Origin: Armatimonadota bacterium | Lineage (GTDB): Bacteria; Armatimonadota; Fimbriimonadia; Fimbriimonadales; Fimbriimonadaceae | DNA length: 64,000 nt | Direction of reading: 5' to 3' | NCBI GenBank assembly: GCA_029781035.1 | Contig: JAKOXK010000069.1 | Span: forward strand, 26,266 to 90,265 | In this document: positions 1-9,471 of the stretch, piece after piece | Layout: every line of letters begins with the position of its first letter | Numbering within the stretch: the first letter of the stretch is position 1 | Made by a program: the position numbers and the translations under genes | Notes under the pieces: model-generated | Databases searched by the model: none | Told to the model about the DNA's origin: nothing | What the model saw: only the letters and a program-made list of their open reading frames with translations

Positions 1-457
1 GACGACACTCGATGCCTCCCATCTGCTGGAAGAAAGTGAACTGACTGATCTCAGTGCCGTCTAGCCACACCTCCCAACCCACGCCCGCAGCGCCCAGTGA
101 GGGGTTCTCCCAGTCGTCCTCCACGAGTCGGACATCGTTCTTCTTCGTGTCGAACCCGATCGCGTTCAGACTCTCCATGTAGAGGTCGACCACGTTGTCG
201 GGATTGGGCTTCAATATCACCTGGAACTGGTAGTAGCGCTGATTGCGCATCGGGTTCTTGGTGTAGCGCCCGTCAGCGGGCCGGCGACTCGGCTGAATGT
301 AGCACGCGTTCCATGGTTCGGGCCCCAGACACCGCAGGGCGGTCGCCGGATGGCTCGTGCCCGCCCCAACCTCAGTGTCGTAAGACTGCAGTACTGCGCA
401 ACCCTGAGCGGCCCAATAGTCTTGAAGCTTGCGGAAGAGGTCTTGAAGCGTCACCAT
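1..457 (-). CDS. glyQ: Glycine--tRNA ligase alpha subunit, 5' part (gene continues beyond the left edge of the window)
   Basis: Not in the ORF track because it is open at the edge. Manual reverse translation from ATG 457-455 gives [103 protein letters not shown]...[37 protein letters not shown]. This is collinear with the conserved GlyQ N-terminus as I recall it. Confidence 0.85.
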   Translation of the reverse strand, partial: MVTLQDLFRKLQDYWAAQGCAVLQSYDTEVGAGTSHPATALRCLGPEPWNACYIQPSRRPADGRYTKNPMRNQRYYQFQVILKPNPDNVVDLYMESLNAIGFDTKKNDVRLVEDDWENPSLGAAGVGWEVWLDGTEISQFTFFQQMGGIECR

Positions 458-1040
458 TCGGAGAGATTATGCAGGAGTGTGGGCGGGATTGCCCGCACTC
501 CGGCCCTGCCCGCCGACTCGGGCACGGTGGCCCTTTGGCCCACGGGCACCATGGCACTTCAGCACTCCCGCTTCCAGTATGAGGGGCATAGCTGGAGAAC
601 GGGGTCAATCGAGCGGCCCGCCGCCCGAGCGGGTGTCCTTCATGGCTCGGGCGGGAGTAGGAAGAATCAAGGCACCCATCCCGCCCACCTCGAGAAAAGC
701 CCTGCTCGGGCCGCCCGCCACCGAGGCGTGCTCGCAGCTCGCGGAAAAGAGGCTTCCAGACTAGGTCGGGGGTCGGACAGACGCTGTGTCGGTCGGAGCC
801 TGGAGGCACCAAACATTCCTGCAACTCCACAAAGTGGCACAACCGCAGAACCAGTACATCACTAGTCTGCAAGGGTTCATATGAGACTCGTCATATTCCC
901 TCACCATATTGGCTTTCTGAGTCAATTGGTTTGTAGCCTGAGTTCTGTAACAAAGAAATCGAACGAACATCCTGACGAAGACCTTTAAATCCAGCCGACT
1001 TCCGGCAACTGCGTAGTCCAACACAGTTTGGTGAGGAAAT

Positions 1041-1502
1041 ATGGAACGAAACGCATCACTTCGGCCGACGATCGTCTGCCTTGCTGGGCTCTGTGTTCCA
1101 CAGGCTCACGCCACGTCGAGCGTCCCTCGGATTTTTAGTGTGTTCCGAAACGTCGACCAGCCCTACGGGACGCCGATCAACCCAGTGGACCGAACCTTCA
1201 AGTTCGTCAACAACGGCGGCACGAACCTCCACAGGATCACCCTCAGGTACACGACGGACCCGGACACCGAAGACCATAAGTTCCGCGCCGGTTACTGGAA
1301 CCGGGACGACACGTCCACGAGCTACCACACGGTCATCCAGCCAAGTGGCTTCACACACCAGACCGCCGTGAACGGGAATTTTTGGCGACAACATCGGAGC
1401 CCAATCCGACGGAGGGGGGAACACAGTGCCCGTCCCAGCGATGAAGGCTATGATCGCGGTCTACCACGTCTCCCCGCTCTGCCTCAACCCGTGGACATGT
1501 GA
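1041..1502 (+). CDS. Hypothetical secreted protein; 3' end probably disrupted by a frameshift (see findings)
   Basis: The N-terminus MERNASLRPTIVCLAGLCVPQAHA is signal-peptide-like. Composition is ordinary and GC3 is high up to about 1380; the tail then becomes Arg/Pro-rich with low GC3. No family recognised. Confidence 0.4.
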   Translation: MERNASLRPTIVCLAGLCVPQAHATSSVPRIFSVFRNVDQPYGTPINPVDRTFKFVNNGGTNLHRITLRYTTDPDTEDHKFRAGYWNRDDTSTSYHTVIQPSGFTHQTAVNGNFWRQHRSPIRRRGEHSARPSDEGYDRGLPRLPALPQPVDM

Positions 1503-1586
1503 CATTGAGCAAGGGGTGTTCTTAGGGAAATGACTCTTCCAAGCGCTCTCCGGCTTCAGCCGGAGAGCGCATCTGTCGTGAACGCT

Positions 1587-2687
1587 ATGAGGAAATATCC
1601 GTGCACCTTTCGAGTGTCGACCATTGTCGCCCTGCTGGCCTCTGTTTGTGCCTTCGCGACTGCGCAACAGAAACACAGGGTGACACCTGTCGGCGGTTGG
1701 GATGGGACGCAGATCGGGAACGACGGCACGATTGTCGGAACCCACTGGAACAAGAGCTATGCCTGGAACTCCTCGTTCGGCTTTGAAGTGATCCCTCCGT
1801 TGTCCCGGGATCCGAGACATGGAAATGTGGCGGAAGGTATCAACAACGTTGGTCAAGTGGTGGGTTGGGACCAATCCTTGCAGGGCCAACCGCGGAAAGC
1901 CTTCCTATGGAGTCACGGAACTGGCATTCGTCCGGTGACCGACTTTGGCAAGGACGCGCACGGCAACCACATTTCGAGCGAGGGCAACGGGGGCCACGAC
2001 TTGTCAGAAGTGGTAGGGCGCTACGGGCACGACGACACCTGGGACTCCTTCTACTTCCGGCTCGGGCAGGGCTGGACTCAGTTGAGGAGGCTGGACCCGG
2101 CCAAGCCCACCCAGGCCCTCTTCGTGAACGACGCGGGCCAGGCCGTGGGCTATGCCGGGGTCACCGGGGGCTATTACGCCCACTCGGTGGTCTGGGAGCC
2201 CGACGGCCGCCTCCTCGACATGGGCATGATGGGCGCCCAGACCCAGACCGACCCCCACGGCCTCAACGAGCTGGGCCACGTCGCCGGCCTGACCTTCGGG
2301 CCCCAGCTCGACGTGGGCTTCCTCTGGACCGAGTCGGGCGGCTACCTGCCGATCTACAACCCTTTCACCCCGCGGCTCTACTTGAACGTCTTCGGCCTGA
2401 ACGACCAGGACACGCTCGTGGGGATGATGTTCGACCTCGACCACCAGAAGAAAGGGTTCGTCTGGACGGCCCTGACGGGGGTGGTCATGCTCAACGACCT
2501 GCTAGACCCCTCTGTCACGGGCTGGGACATCGCCTGCGCCTACGACGTGAACGACTCGGGCCAGATCATCGGCTTCGGCTACCACGACGGCTTGTACTCG
2601 AGCTTTGTCCTCGACCCGGTGCCGGAGCCTCCAGGCTGGCTGGCGTTCGCGCCGCTGGCCGTCCTGGTCCTGAGGCGGCGGAGATAG
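1587..2687 (+). CDS. HAF-type extracellular repeat protein with PEP-CTERM sorting signal
   Basis: ORF 1530..2687, with the start moved to ATG 1587 (MRKYPCTFRVSTIVALLASVCAFATAQQ signal peptide). Repeated motifs are GINNVGQVVGW, VNDAGQAVGY, LNELGHVAGL and VNDSGQIIGFG. The C-terminus VPEPPGWLAFAPLAVLVLRRRR fits PEP motif + TM + basic tail. Confidence 0.75.
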   Translation: MRKYPCTFRVSTIVALLASVCAFATAQQKHRVTPVGGWDGTQIGNDGTIVGTHWNKSYAWNSSFGFEVIPPLSRDPRHGNVAEGINNVGQVVGWDQSLQGQPRKAFLWSHGTGIRPVTDFGKDAHGNHISSEGNGGHDLSEVVGRYGHDDTWDSFYFRLGQGWTQLRRLDPAKPTQALFVNDAGQAVGYAGVTGGYYAHSVVWEPDGRLLDMGMMGAQTQTDPHGLNELGHVAGLTFGPQLDVGFLWTESGGYLPIYNPFTPRLYLNVFGLNDQDTLVGMMFDLDHQKKGFVWTALTGVVMLNDLLDPSVTGWDIACAYDVNDSGQIIGFGYHDGLYSSFVLDPVPEPPGWLAFAPLAVLVLRRRR

Positions 2688-2771
2688 GGCTGTCTGCCCG
2701 TAGAGGCTCCTCCGTCTTTGGCTAGTCGCATAGAACCGACAGGATGGGAAGCTGTCGCAGGGCGCGAAGGG

Positions 2772-3935
2772 CTAGGCCATGGAGAAGGCTTGCTCCAAGT
2801 CCGCGATGAGGTCGTCCGGGTGCTCAAGACCACAGTAGAGCCGGACGAGCCAACGTTGTTCTGCCCAGTCCGAAGCCTTGTACTCCAGGGGCACGATCAG
2901 CGACTCATGCCCACCCCAACTCACGCCCAGGCGGAACAGGCGCGTCGCCTCGGTCATCCGGCGCACAGCGTCCCGCTCTTGGAAGCGCGGCATGAAGGTA
3001 AGCAGCCCGGTGGTGCCTCGCATCTGTTTGTCGCGGAGTTCCTTCTGGGGAAAGGCATCCGCCCCGACATGGAAGACCTTCTCGATCTTGGGGTGTTGTG
3101 CCAGGTAGGTCGCCACCTGGTTCGCGGCTTTCTCGACGGCCTTGATCTTGATGTGGAGAGTTCGAAGAGTCCGAAGGATCAACCATGCTTGAAACGGGGG
3201 AAGTGCATGCCCGAGAACGGGCATTTCGTTCTTCATGATCGATTGCATCCTTTCGAGCGAGCAACAAAGGGCGCCCGCAATGAGGTCGCTGTGACCACCC
3301 AGGTACTTTGATCCGGTGTGGAGGACGTAGTCAATGCCGAACGAGGCTGGGTTCTGGTAGAGCGGGGAAGAGTACGTGTTGTCGATGGCTGTCGCAATTC
3401 CGCGCGACCGGGCAAACGCTGCGATCGCCTCCAAGTCCTGCAGGCGGAAAATGATGCTACTGGGCGACTCGAGAAAGATGAGCGAGGTCTCGGGCCTGCA
3501 CGCGTCGAACACCTCTTGCGGATCCTCGCCGATGACGAAGGTCGAAGTGACACCGTACTTGGTCAAGTAGGACTCGATGAACTGTCGGGTGGGTCCATAG
3601 CACGACTCGACGCAGACGACGTGCGAACCAGCCTGTGTGCTCGCCATGATCGCCGTCGTGATCGCCGACATGCCGCTGACGAAGAGCTTGCAGCACTCTG
3701 TGCCCTCGAGCGCGGCGATCTTCACCTCGGCCACCTCGCACGTCGGGTTGGTCATCCGGCTATAGTGGTAGGGTGGACCTGGCCTATATTCCGTCGCGGA
3801 CGTGAACTGGTCCCAATTCTCAAAGACAAAGGTCGAGTTCTGGAACAGAGGGGGGACGACAGCTCCGAGGATGTACTCCTCTTCGCCCAGATGTTGCGCG
3901 ATCGTTTCGGGTCGCCAGGCAGGGTGGTCGGGCAC
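2772..3935 (-). CDS. Cys/Met-metabolism PLP-dependent enzyme (cystathionine beta-lyase / gamma-synthase family)
   Basis: 387-aa ORF with YSRMTNPT near the N-terminus and the PLP-lysine motif HTGSKYLGGHSDLIAG typical of the trans-sulfuration enzyme family. Exact specificity not determinable. Confidence 0.8.
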   Translation of the reverse strand: MPDHPAWRPETIAQHLGEEEYILGAVVPPLFQNSTFVFENWDQFTSATEYRPGPPYHYSRMTNPTCEVAEVKIAALEGTECCKLFVSGMSAITTAIMASTQAGSHVVCVESCYGPTRQFIESYLTKYGVTSTFVIGEDPQEVFDACRPETSLIFLESPSSIIFRLQDLEAIAAFARSRGIATAIDNTYSSPLYQNPASFGIDYVLHTGSKYLGGHSDLIAGALCCSLERMQSIMKNEMPVLGHALPPFQAWLILRTLRTLHIKIKAVEKAANQVATYLAQHPKIEKVFHVGADAFPQKELRDKQMRGTTGLLTFMPRFQERDAVRRMTEATRLFRLGVSWGGHESLIVPLEYKASDWAEQRWLVRLYCGLEHPDDLIADLEQAFSMA

Positions 3936-4078
3936 CGAGCAAGGATACGAGAGCGGGGTTACGGGGCTCAGGGACTGTGGCTCCCGTGTCGACTAATCAG
4001 GCCGCGCGCACCGTACGCGCGTCAGTCCCAAGGTGCGAAACCCTTCAGCCACATTGCGGGTAGAATCTGAGGTTCCCC

Positions 4079-4576
4079 ATGGCCGCTGGCGAGAAGATCC
4101 TGCCCAATCCTGACAAGCTCAACAACGTCGAATACGGACCCTTCGTGCTCGCCAACTTGGCTGCGAAACGCGCCAAGCAGATTCGTGAAGGTGCGCCGCC
4201 CTTGGTGCGTATCGACTCAGGACACGCGCTCAGCATCGCGCTTGCTGAGATCGCAGCCGGAAAAATCAAGCCGATCATGGCCGCAGAAGGTGCCGAGGCA
4301 GTCGAGGCAGGCGACTACAGCGCCCTCGAAGCCCTTGACATTGCTGACGTTGGGCTTTTGCTTCCCGCCATTGAAGAGGACCTTGATCTCGCAACGGCTG
4401 GCCTCGACGAAGAGGAACTTCACGACGAACATGAAGACGAGGAGATTGCCGAGATTGGAGACCTCCTTGAAGAGGAAGAGATCCCAACTGTGACCGACGA
4501 CACCGAGATCAGCCTCGACGACCTCGCCGAGCAAGAAGAAGGCGGCGAGGAAGAGGAGAACGCGGAGCCAGCCTAG
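4079..4576 (+). CDS. rpoZ: DNA-directed RNA polymerase subunit omega with a long acidic C-terminal extension
   Basis: The first ~70 aa fit the omega pattern ([24 protein letters not shown]...[14 protein letters not shown]). The remaining ~95 aa are D/E-rich. Confidence 0.65.
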   Translation: MAAGEKILPNPDKLNNVEYGPFVLANLAAKRAKQIREGAPPLVRIDSGHALSIALAEIAAGKIKPIMAAEGAEAVEAGDYSALEALDIADVGLLLPAIEEDLDLATAGLDEEELHDEHEDEEIAEIGDLLEEEEIPTVTDDTEISLDDLAEQEEGGEEEENAEPA

Positions 4577-4583
4577 CCCGACC

Positions 4584-5711
4584 ATGCCGCAAGACCCGTA
4601 CAGCGTGCTCGGTGTGCCGCGCGACGCGACGGCGGACCAGATCAAGAGCGCTTATCGCAAACTGGCGCGCCAATACCACCCCGACGTCAATCCCGGCAAC
4701 CCTGAGGCTGAGGAGAAGTTCAAGGAAGTCTCGACGGCGTACGCCGTGCTTTCCGATCCCGACAAGCGTGCCAGATTCGACCAGTTCGGACTGACGGAGG
4801 ACCAGCCGAGCGGCAATCCGGGAGACTACTTCGGCGGCGGCGGATTCGCTGACATCTTCGGCATGATGGAGGAGATGTTCGCGGGTGGGGGCCGGACCTC
4901 GCGAAGGTCTAGTGGCCGTGACGGCGAAGACCATAGGGTTGAAGTCACAGTCAACCTCGAAGAGCTCCTCACTCCTAGCGAAAAGGGCCTCACCTACAAG
5001 CGCATGGCAGGATGCTCGACCTGTCACGGCTCGGGTGCTGCACCCGGAACGTCACCGACATCGTGCGGGGCCTGTGGCGGAACGGGAGTCGTCACCCGTA
5101 TGCAACAGACGATCCTCGGCTCGATCAGGACGACTTCCACGTGCGGCGTCTGCCAAGGCACGGGCAAAACCATCGCTGAACCTTGCCCCACCTGTAAAGG
5201 GCGAGGTTTGGAGGTCGTCACCGAAAAGCTGAGCGTCACAATCCCCTCCGGGGTCGAGGACGGCACCGCTCTCAGAGTGCCGGGAAAGGGCTCAGACGGT
5301 GTCGGAGGCGGCCGGCCAGGCGATCTCTATGTCGTGGTCCATGTTCCCGAAGACCCTCGGTTTGAGAGACACGGCCGGGATCTGGTCACGACCTACAAGG
5401 CCACTTTTGCCCAGGCCGTCATTGGAGACACGGTCCAGATCCAAGGCCTTTCCGGTCCAATCGACACGAGCCTTGAACCGGGCACTCAACCCGGATCTCA
5501 CATCAGGCTCCGAGGGGAAGGACTGCCCAGGGTCAACGGCACCAGTCGAGGCGACTTGATCGTGATCTGCGAGATTAGTGTCCCGACCAAAGTCACGGAG
5601 GCAGAAGCGCAACTCCTGCGACAATTCGCGGAGATGCGCGGAGAGCCCATGCCCCAGGGCGTTGGCAGCCAGGGCTTCTTGGGCGGCCTTTTCGGCAAGA
5701 AGAAGAAATGA
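4584..5711 (+). CDS. dnaJ: Molecular chaperone DnaJ
   Basis: J domain [34 protein letters not shown], a G/F-rich region, and four CxxCxGxG repeats ([32 protein letters not shown]). Confidence 0.95.
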   Translation: MPQDPYSVLGVPRDATADQIKSAYRKLARQYHPDVNPGNPEAEEKFKEVSTAYAVLSDPDKRARFDQFGLTEDQPSGNPGDYFGGGGFADIFGMMEEMFAGGGRTSRRSSGRDGEDHRVEVTVNLEELLTPSEKGLTYKRMAGCSTCHGSGAAPGTSPTSCGACGGTGVVTRMQQTILGSIRTTSTCGVCQGTGKTIAEPCPTCKGRGLEVVTEKLSVTIPSGVEDGTALRVPGKGSDGVGGGRPGDLYVVVHVPEDPRFERHGRDLVTTYKATFAQAVIGDTVQIQGLSGPIDTSLEPGTQPGSHIRLRGEGLPRVNGTSRGDLIVICEISVPTKVTEAEAQLLRQFAEMRGEPMPQGVGSQGFLGGLFGKKKK

Positions 5712-6550
5712 CACCGGGCCCCGTGTGGACGAAAGTGACCGCGCACTTGGAAGACGAGCCGCTGGACTGGTCGGTCTGGGCCGAGGCGTTCGAGCGCCAC
5801 GGCCTGCCCGGCACCGTCCAAACCGACGATCCTCCCACGATGAGCGCCTACCTTCCTCCGGGATCAGAGGCTGGTTTGGTCCCGCTCGCGGCGTTCCTGA
5901 CGGCTCGCGGCGCAAGACAGGTGACGACGGAACAAGTTCCGGAAGAGGATTGGGCGGAATCGTGGAAGCAGTTTTTCAAACCACGCCGGATCGGTGGTTT
6001 CCTCGTTCGGCCCACATGGGAAGAGTGCGACCTGAGCCCGGGGCTCATCGAGATCGTCCTGGATCCCGGTCAGGCGTTCGGTACAGGCGACCATCCGACG
6101 ACGAGGATGTGCCTGGTGCTTCTTGAAGAGCGAGGAGCAGCAGGGCTGGATGTTGCCGATATCGGCTGTGGGAGCGGGATCCTCTCGGTCGCTGCTTGTC
6201 GACTGGGAGCACGGTCTGTCGTCGGAGTGGACAGCGATGGCCCCTCGGTCGAAGCGGCGCTGGCCAATGCACGACGGAACGAAGTCGCCTTCGACGTGCA
6301 CGAAGGGAAGGGTTTCGAACCATTTGCAAACCAGACGTTTGACCTTGTGCTCAGCAACATCATCAGCGCAGCGCTGATCGCATTGGCTCCGGAAGCCGCG
6401 CGGCGCGTCAGACCCGGAGGGGCTTGGATCGTCAGCGGCATCATCCAAGAGAACTGGGGCGACGTGCTCAAGGCAGCGGAGCGCTGTGGATTCCAGCTGC
6501 AGCGAAAGGAGACTGAAGGCGAATGGGTGGCAGCAATCCTGGTCCGCTGA
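5708..6550 (+). CDS. prmA: Ribosomal protein L11 methyltransferase
   Basis: [18 protein letters not shown] and SAM-binding [10 protein letters not shown] motifs. ATGA start/stop overlap with dnaJ. Confidence 0.9.
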   Translation: MTPGPVWTKVTAHLEDEPLDWSVWAEAFERHGLPGTVQTDDPPTMSAYLPPGSEAGLVPLAAFLTARGARQVTTEQVPEEDWAESWKQFFKPRRIGGFLVRPTWEECDLSPGLIEIVLDPGQAFGTGDHPTTRMCLVLLEERGAAGLDVADIGCGSGILSVAACRLGARSVVGVDSDGPSVEAALANARRNEVAFDVHEGKGFEPFANQTFDLVLSNIISAALIALAPEAARRVRPGGAWIVSGIIQENWGDVLKAAERCGFQLQRKETEGEWVAAILVR

Positions 6551-7266
6551 GGTCGCTGCCTCGCGTGTTCGTATTGGGTCTGCCCGATCCTGTGACCGAG
6601 GCGTTCGAGGTTCCGAAGGAGGAGTACGACAAGTTCCACAAGGTCCTGCGGCTCGGAACAGGAGACTGGATCGCAGTCCTTCCCGGCGACGGTCGACTCG
6701 TCCAGTGTCGATTGTCGGGACGAGAAGCCGTGCCGGTCGAGACCGTTGTCCCAGCGACAGAGTCACGGATGCGCGTACTGCTGGCTCTGGGACTTCCGAA
6801 GCCAGAGAAACTCGAGGAATCGGTGCGCATGGCGACCGAACTCGGAGTTGACGGCTTTGTCCTCTTTCCGGCTGAGCGGACTGTCGTCAGATGGGACGAG
6901 TCCAAGGTCGCCCAGAAGGTTGAACGCCTCCAGCGGATTGCGCGGGAAGCTGCCGAAGTGAGCTTTCGGACAGTCCTGCCGACGTTCTCACGAAAGGCGT
7001 CGCTGGCCGAGGTTCTCGCGACATGGCCCGACTCCTGGGTTTTGAGTGAATCGGAGGCCGTGTCGACGGGAGCCTCGGAGCGCCTTTCACGATTGCAGAC
7101 TGCGAGTCAGGTCACGCTCGTGATCGGACCAGAAGGGGGCTGGGCTCCCCGGGAAGCCGCGCTGATCGGTGAGCGCGGCTTGACCCTGGGTCCGCGAGTT
7201 TTGCGCGTCGACACCGCTGTTGCGGCGGCGTGCTCGCTCGTCCTCTGCCGGCCGGAGTCACAATAG
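6523..7266 (+). CDS. rsmE: 16S rRNA (uracil1498-N3)-methyltransferase
   Basis: RVLLALGLPKPEKLEESVRMATELGVDGFVLF and LVIGPEGGWAPREAAL motifs, plus the conserved dnaJ-prmA-rsmE order. Start is uncertain: 6523 overlaps prmA by 28 nt, and in-frame GTG 6565 is possible. Confidence 0.85.
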   Translation: MGGSNPGPLRSLPRVFVLGLPDPVTEAFEVPKEEYDKFHKVLRLGTGDWIAVLPGDGRLVQCRLSGREAVPVETVVPATESRMRVLLALGLPKPEKLEESVRMATELGVDGFVLFPAERTVVRWDESKVAQKVERLQRIAREAAEVSFRTVLPTFSRKASLAEVLATWPDSWVLSESEAVSTGASERLSRLQTASQVTLVIGPEGGWAPREAALIGERGLTLGPRVLRVDTAVAAACSLVLCRPESQ

Positions 7267-7372
7267 CAGCTTGGGGCTCGAACACTCGATCGACGTCTTC
7301 ACGGCGGGATTCTGCTCGACCAGGAGCCGGACGTTTCCCTACTTGTGCGACCGCGTCGACGGCCTCTGGGTG

Positions 7373-7993
7373 ATGCACGACCCACCGCGCAAAGACCCGA
7401 GAAAGATTCAAGTGGTCAGTACTGGGCTCGCACCAGAGGAAACCGTCGCACGGATCCAGCGGCTCAACCTCGGATGGCACTTTGTATGCGAGGCCAGCCC
7501 GCCCGGCGTGGACGCCAGCGTTCTAAGAAAGGCCTACCGGAGCCTTGGATACCGAGCCCTGACGACCGAGTGGTTCTTTGAACACGACATGCACGATATC
7601 CCTGTCTTTGAGTCAGAGCCGAAAGTACGACGGGTCTCCACTGAGGATCACTGGACGACCGTGCCTGACTGGATCGGAAAGAAGCGGAGGCACTACGCGG
7701 AGGCACGCCTTTTTGGTGCTTGGACGGCAACAGACGACATCGGCTGGGTGGAGAGCGTTCCGGTCGGAAGCGACGCCTGGGTCGCAGATCTGTACGTGCA
7801 TCAGGATTTCCGCCGACGTGGCTACGGACGGGCCCTGATGAGCTTCCTTCTGCTGTCAGACAAAAGCTCGGGTGTCCAAAGGAGCGTCTTATTGGCGAGT
7901 TCGTCCGGAGCTCAGCTCTATCCCCATTTGGGCTATCGCCAGACAGGAGTCCTGCAGGTCTTCTGCCCACTCGACAAGGCATTGCGCACGTAG
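7373..7993 (+). CDS. GNAT-family N-acetyltransferase (C-terminal domain)
   Basis: Acetyl-CoA binding motif YVHQDFRRRGYGRALM. The ORF-track start 7220 overlaps rsmE; the first ATG after the rsmE stop is 7373. Start uncertain. Confidence 0.55.
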   Translation: MHDPPRKDPRKIQVVSTGLAPEETVARIQRLNLGWHFVCEASPPGVDASVLRKAYRSLGYRALTTEWFFEHDMHDIPVFESEPKVRRVSTEDHWTTVPDWIGKKRRHYAEARLFGAWTATDDIGWVESVPVGSDAWVADLYVHQDFRRRGYGRALMSFLLLSDKSSGVQRSVLLASSSGAQLYPHLGYRQTGVLQVFCPLDKALRT

Positions 7994-8029
7994 CGGCACC
8001 CGGCCCCGGAGCGTGGCAAGTCGGTATTC

Positions 8030-8752
8030 TTGAGCCCTATGCGATCAGACGGCCGGTCCCCCGAACAACTCCGCCCCCTGACGATGGAGCGGGGCTTCGC
8101 CAAGTTCGCCGAAGGTTCCTGCCTCATTAAGGCTGGCGACACGCACGTCTTGTGCGCAGCCACAGTGGAAGAGCGTGTCCCGATGTTCTTGAAGGGTTCT
8201 GGCACCGGCTGGGTCACGGCCGAGTACTCCATGCTCCCACGTTCTGGCAAGCAGCGCAATCAACGGGACGTGCACCGGGGGCCTAACGGGAGGACGATGG
8301 AGATCCAGCGGCTCGTCGGCCGAGCCCTCCGGGCCGTCGTGGACCTTTCGGCTCTTGGCGAGCGGACGGTCACGGTGGACTGCGACGCACTCATGGCCGA
8401 CGGCGGTACCCGATGCGCCTCCATCACCGGCGGGTTCGTCGCGATGTACGACGCCTTTCGATGGATGGTCGACCAGCGCATGATCAAGAGGATGCCGGTC
8501 AAAGAACAGGTCGCCGCCGTAAGCGTTGGCGTGTGCCGAGGGTCAGAGGTGCTCGACCTCAACTACGAAGAGGATTCGACCGCAGCGACGGACATGAACG
8601 TAGTCATGACTGACACAGGCAAGTTCGTCGAGGTGCAGGGAACGGCCGAAGGCGAGCCGTTTTCGGCCGAGACCCTCGGCCGCTTGCTCTCGTTGGGCCG
8701 CAAGGGCATCACTGAACTGGTGACGATGCAGCGCGAAGTGCTGGGGCTCTGA
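8030..8752 (+). CDS. rph: Ribonuclease PH
   Basis: [13 protein letters not shown]...[45 protein letters not shown], full-length at 240 aa. Confidence 0.95.
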   Translation: MSPMRSDGRSPEQLRPLTMERGFAKFAEGSCLIKAGDTHVLCAATVEERVPMFLKGSGTGWVTAEYSMLPRSGKQRNQRDVHRGPNGRTMEIQRLVGRALRAVVDLSALGERTVTVDCDALMADGGTRCASITGGFVAMYDAFRWMVDQRMIKRMPVKEQVAAVSVGVCRGSEVLDLNYEEDSTAATDMNVVMTDTGKFVEVQGTAEGEPFSAETLGRLLSLGRKGITELVTMQREVLGL

Positions 8753-8766
8753 CGGGCTGGGCTCAC

Positions 8767-9408
8767 ATGAGCGGTAGGATCCGACGCCTCGTCATTGCCA
8801 CCCACAACCGGAAGAAGGCGGGCGAGATGGTCACCATCTTGGCTCGCCGGTTTCCGGATCTGTCGATCCTCACGTTGGCCGACTTTTCGGGCGCGCCGGA
8901 ACCGGACGAGACAGGGGACACCTACGCCGAAAACGCCACCATCAAAGCCGAAAGCGCGGCCCGGTTCACACAAGAGTGGTGCCTGGCTGACGACGCCGGG
9001 CTTGAGATCGACGCCTTGCCCGGAGAGCTAGGTCACTGGAGCAAGCGGTTCGCCGGTGAGGAGACTCCCTTCAGTGAGAAGATGCGGCTCGTGCTAGAGC
9101 GTATGACAGATGTGCCTGAGGCTGAGCGCTCGGCCCGGTTCCGCTGTTGTGTGGCCCTTTCAGCGCCCGGAGCTACAGGTCCCGCGATCGTCTTCGAGGA
9201 CACCTGCGAGGGCCGGATCGCCCAGAATCCAAGCGGTTCAGGTGGATTCGGCTATGACCCGATCTTCTGGCTGCCGCAACTAGGCTGCACCATGGCCGAC
9301 CTCACCGCCGACCAGAAGCATGCCGTGAGCCACCGCGGAAAAGTTCTGAAGTCGGTTGGCGACTGGATCGCCATGAACAACGGATCCGTGAAAGAGCCTG
9401 TCCCATAG
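8767..9408 (+). CDS. rdgB: Non-canonical purine NTP pyrophosphatase (dITP/XTP), RdgB/Ham1 family
   Basis: LVIATHNRKKAGEM, GDTYAENATIKAE, FGYDPIF and SHRG motifs. Conserved rph-rdgB adjacency. Confidence 0.9.
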   Translation: MSGRIRRLVIATHNRKKAGEMVTILARRFPDLSILTLADFSGAPEPDETGDTYAENATIKAESAARFTQEWCLADDAGLEIDALPGELGHWSKRFAGEETPFSEKMRLVLERMTDVPEAERSARFRCCVALSAPGATGPAIVFEDTCEGRIAQNPSGSGGFGYDPIFWLPQLGCTMADLTADQKHAVSHRGKVLKSVGDWIAMNNGSVKEPVP

Positions 9409-9471
9409 GTCTTGTTTCCCGTTGTTCGACCGCAACCTATCCTGGGGTGGATCGGTAGGACTCACATCACG

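Noticed and set aside
458-760. T-box riboswitch upstream of glyQ
   Set aside because: It is expected by analogy, but in minus-sense I could not find the conserved T-box core (GGGUGGNACCGCG), the specifier-loop features, or a terminator with a U-tract. The closest string, AUGGUGCCCGUGGG, is a poor match. Left as an open question, not a call.
350-872. ORFs 350..865 (+), 372..872 (-) and 477..764 (+) upstream of and overlapping glyQ
   Set aside because: Mutually overlapping Arg/Pro/Ala/Ser-rich frames. Two intrude into the clearly coding glyQ 5' end. The interval is treated as non-coding (see finding).
5864-6766. 300-aa minus-strand ORF
   Set aside because: Antisense to prmA and rsmE. Composition is Arg/Pro/Ser-rich.
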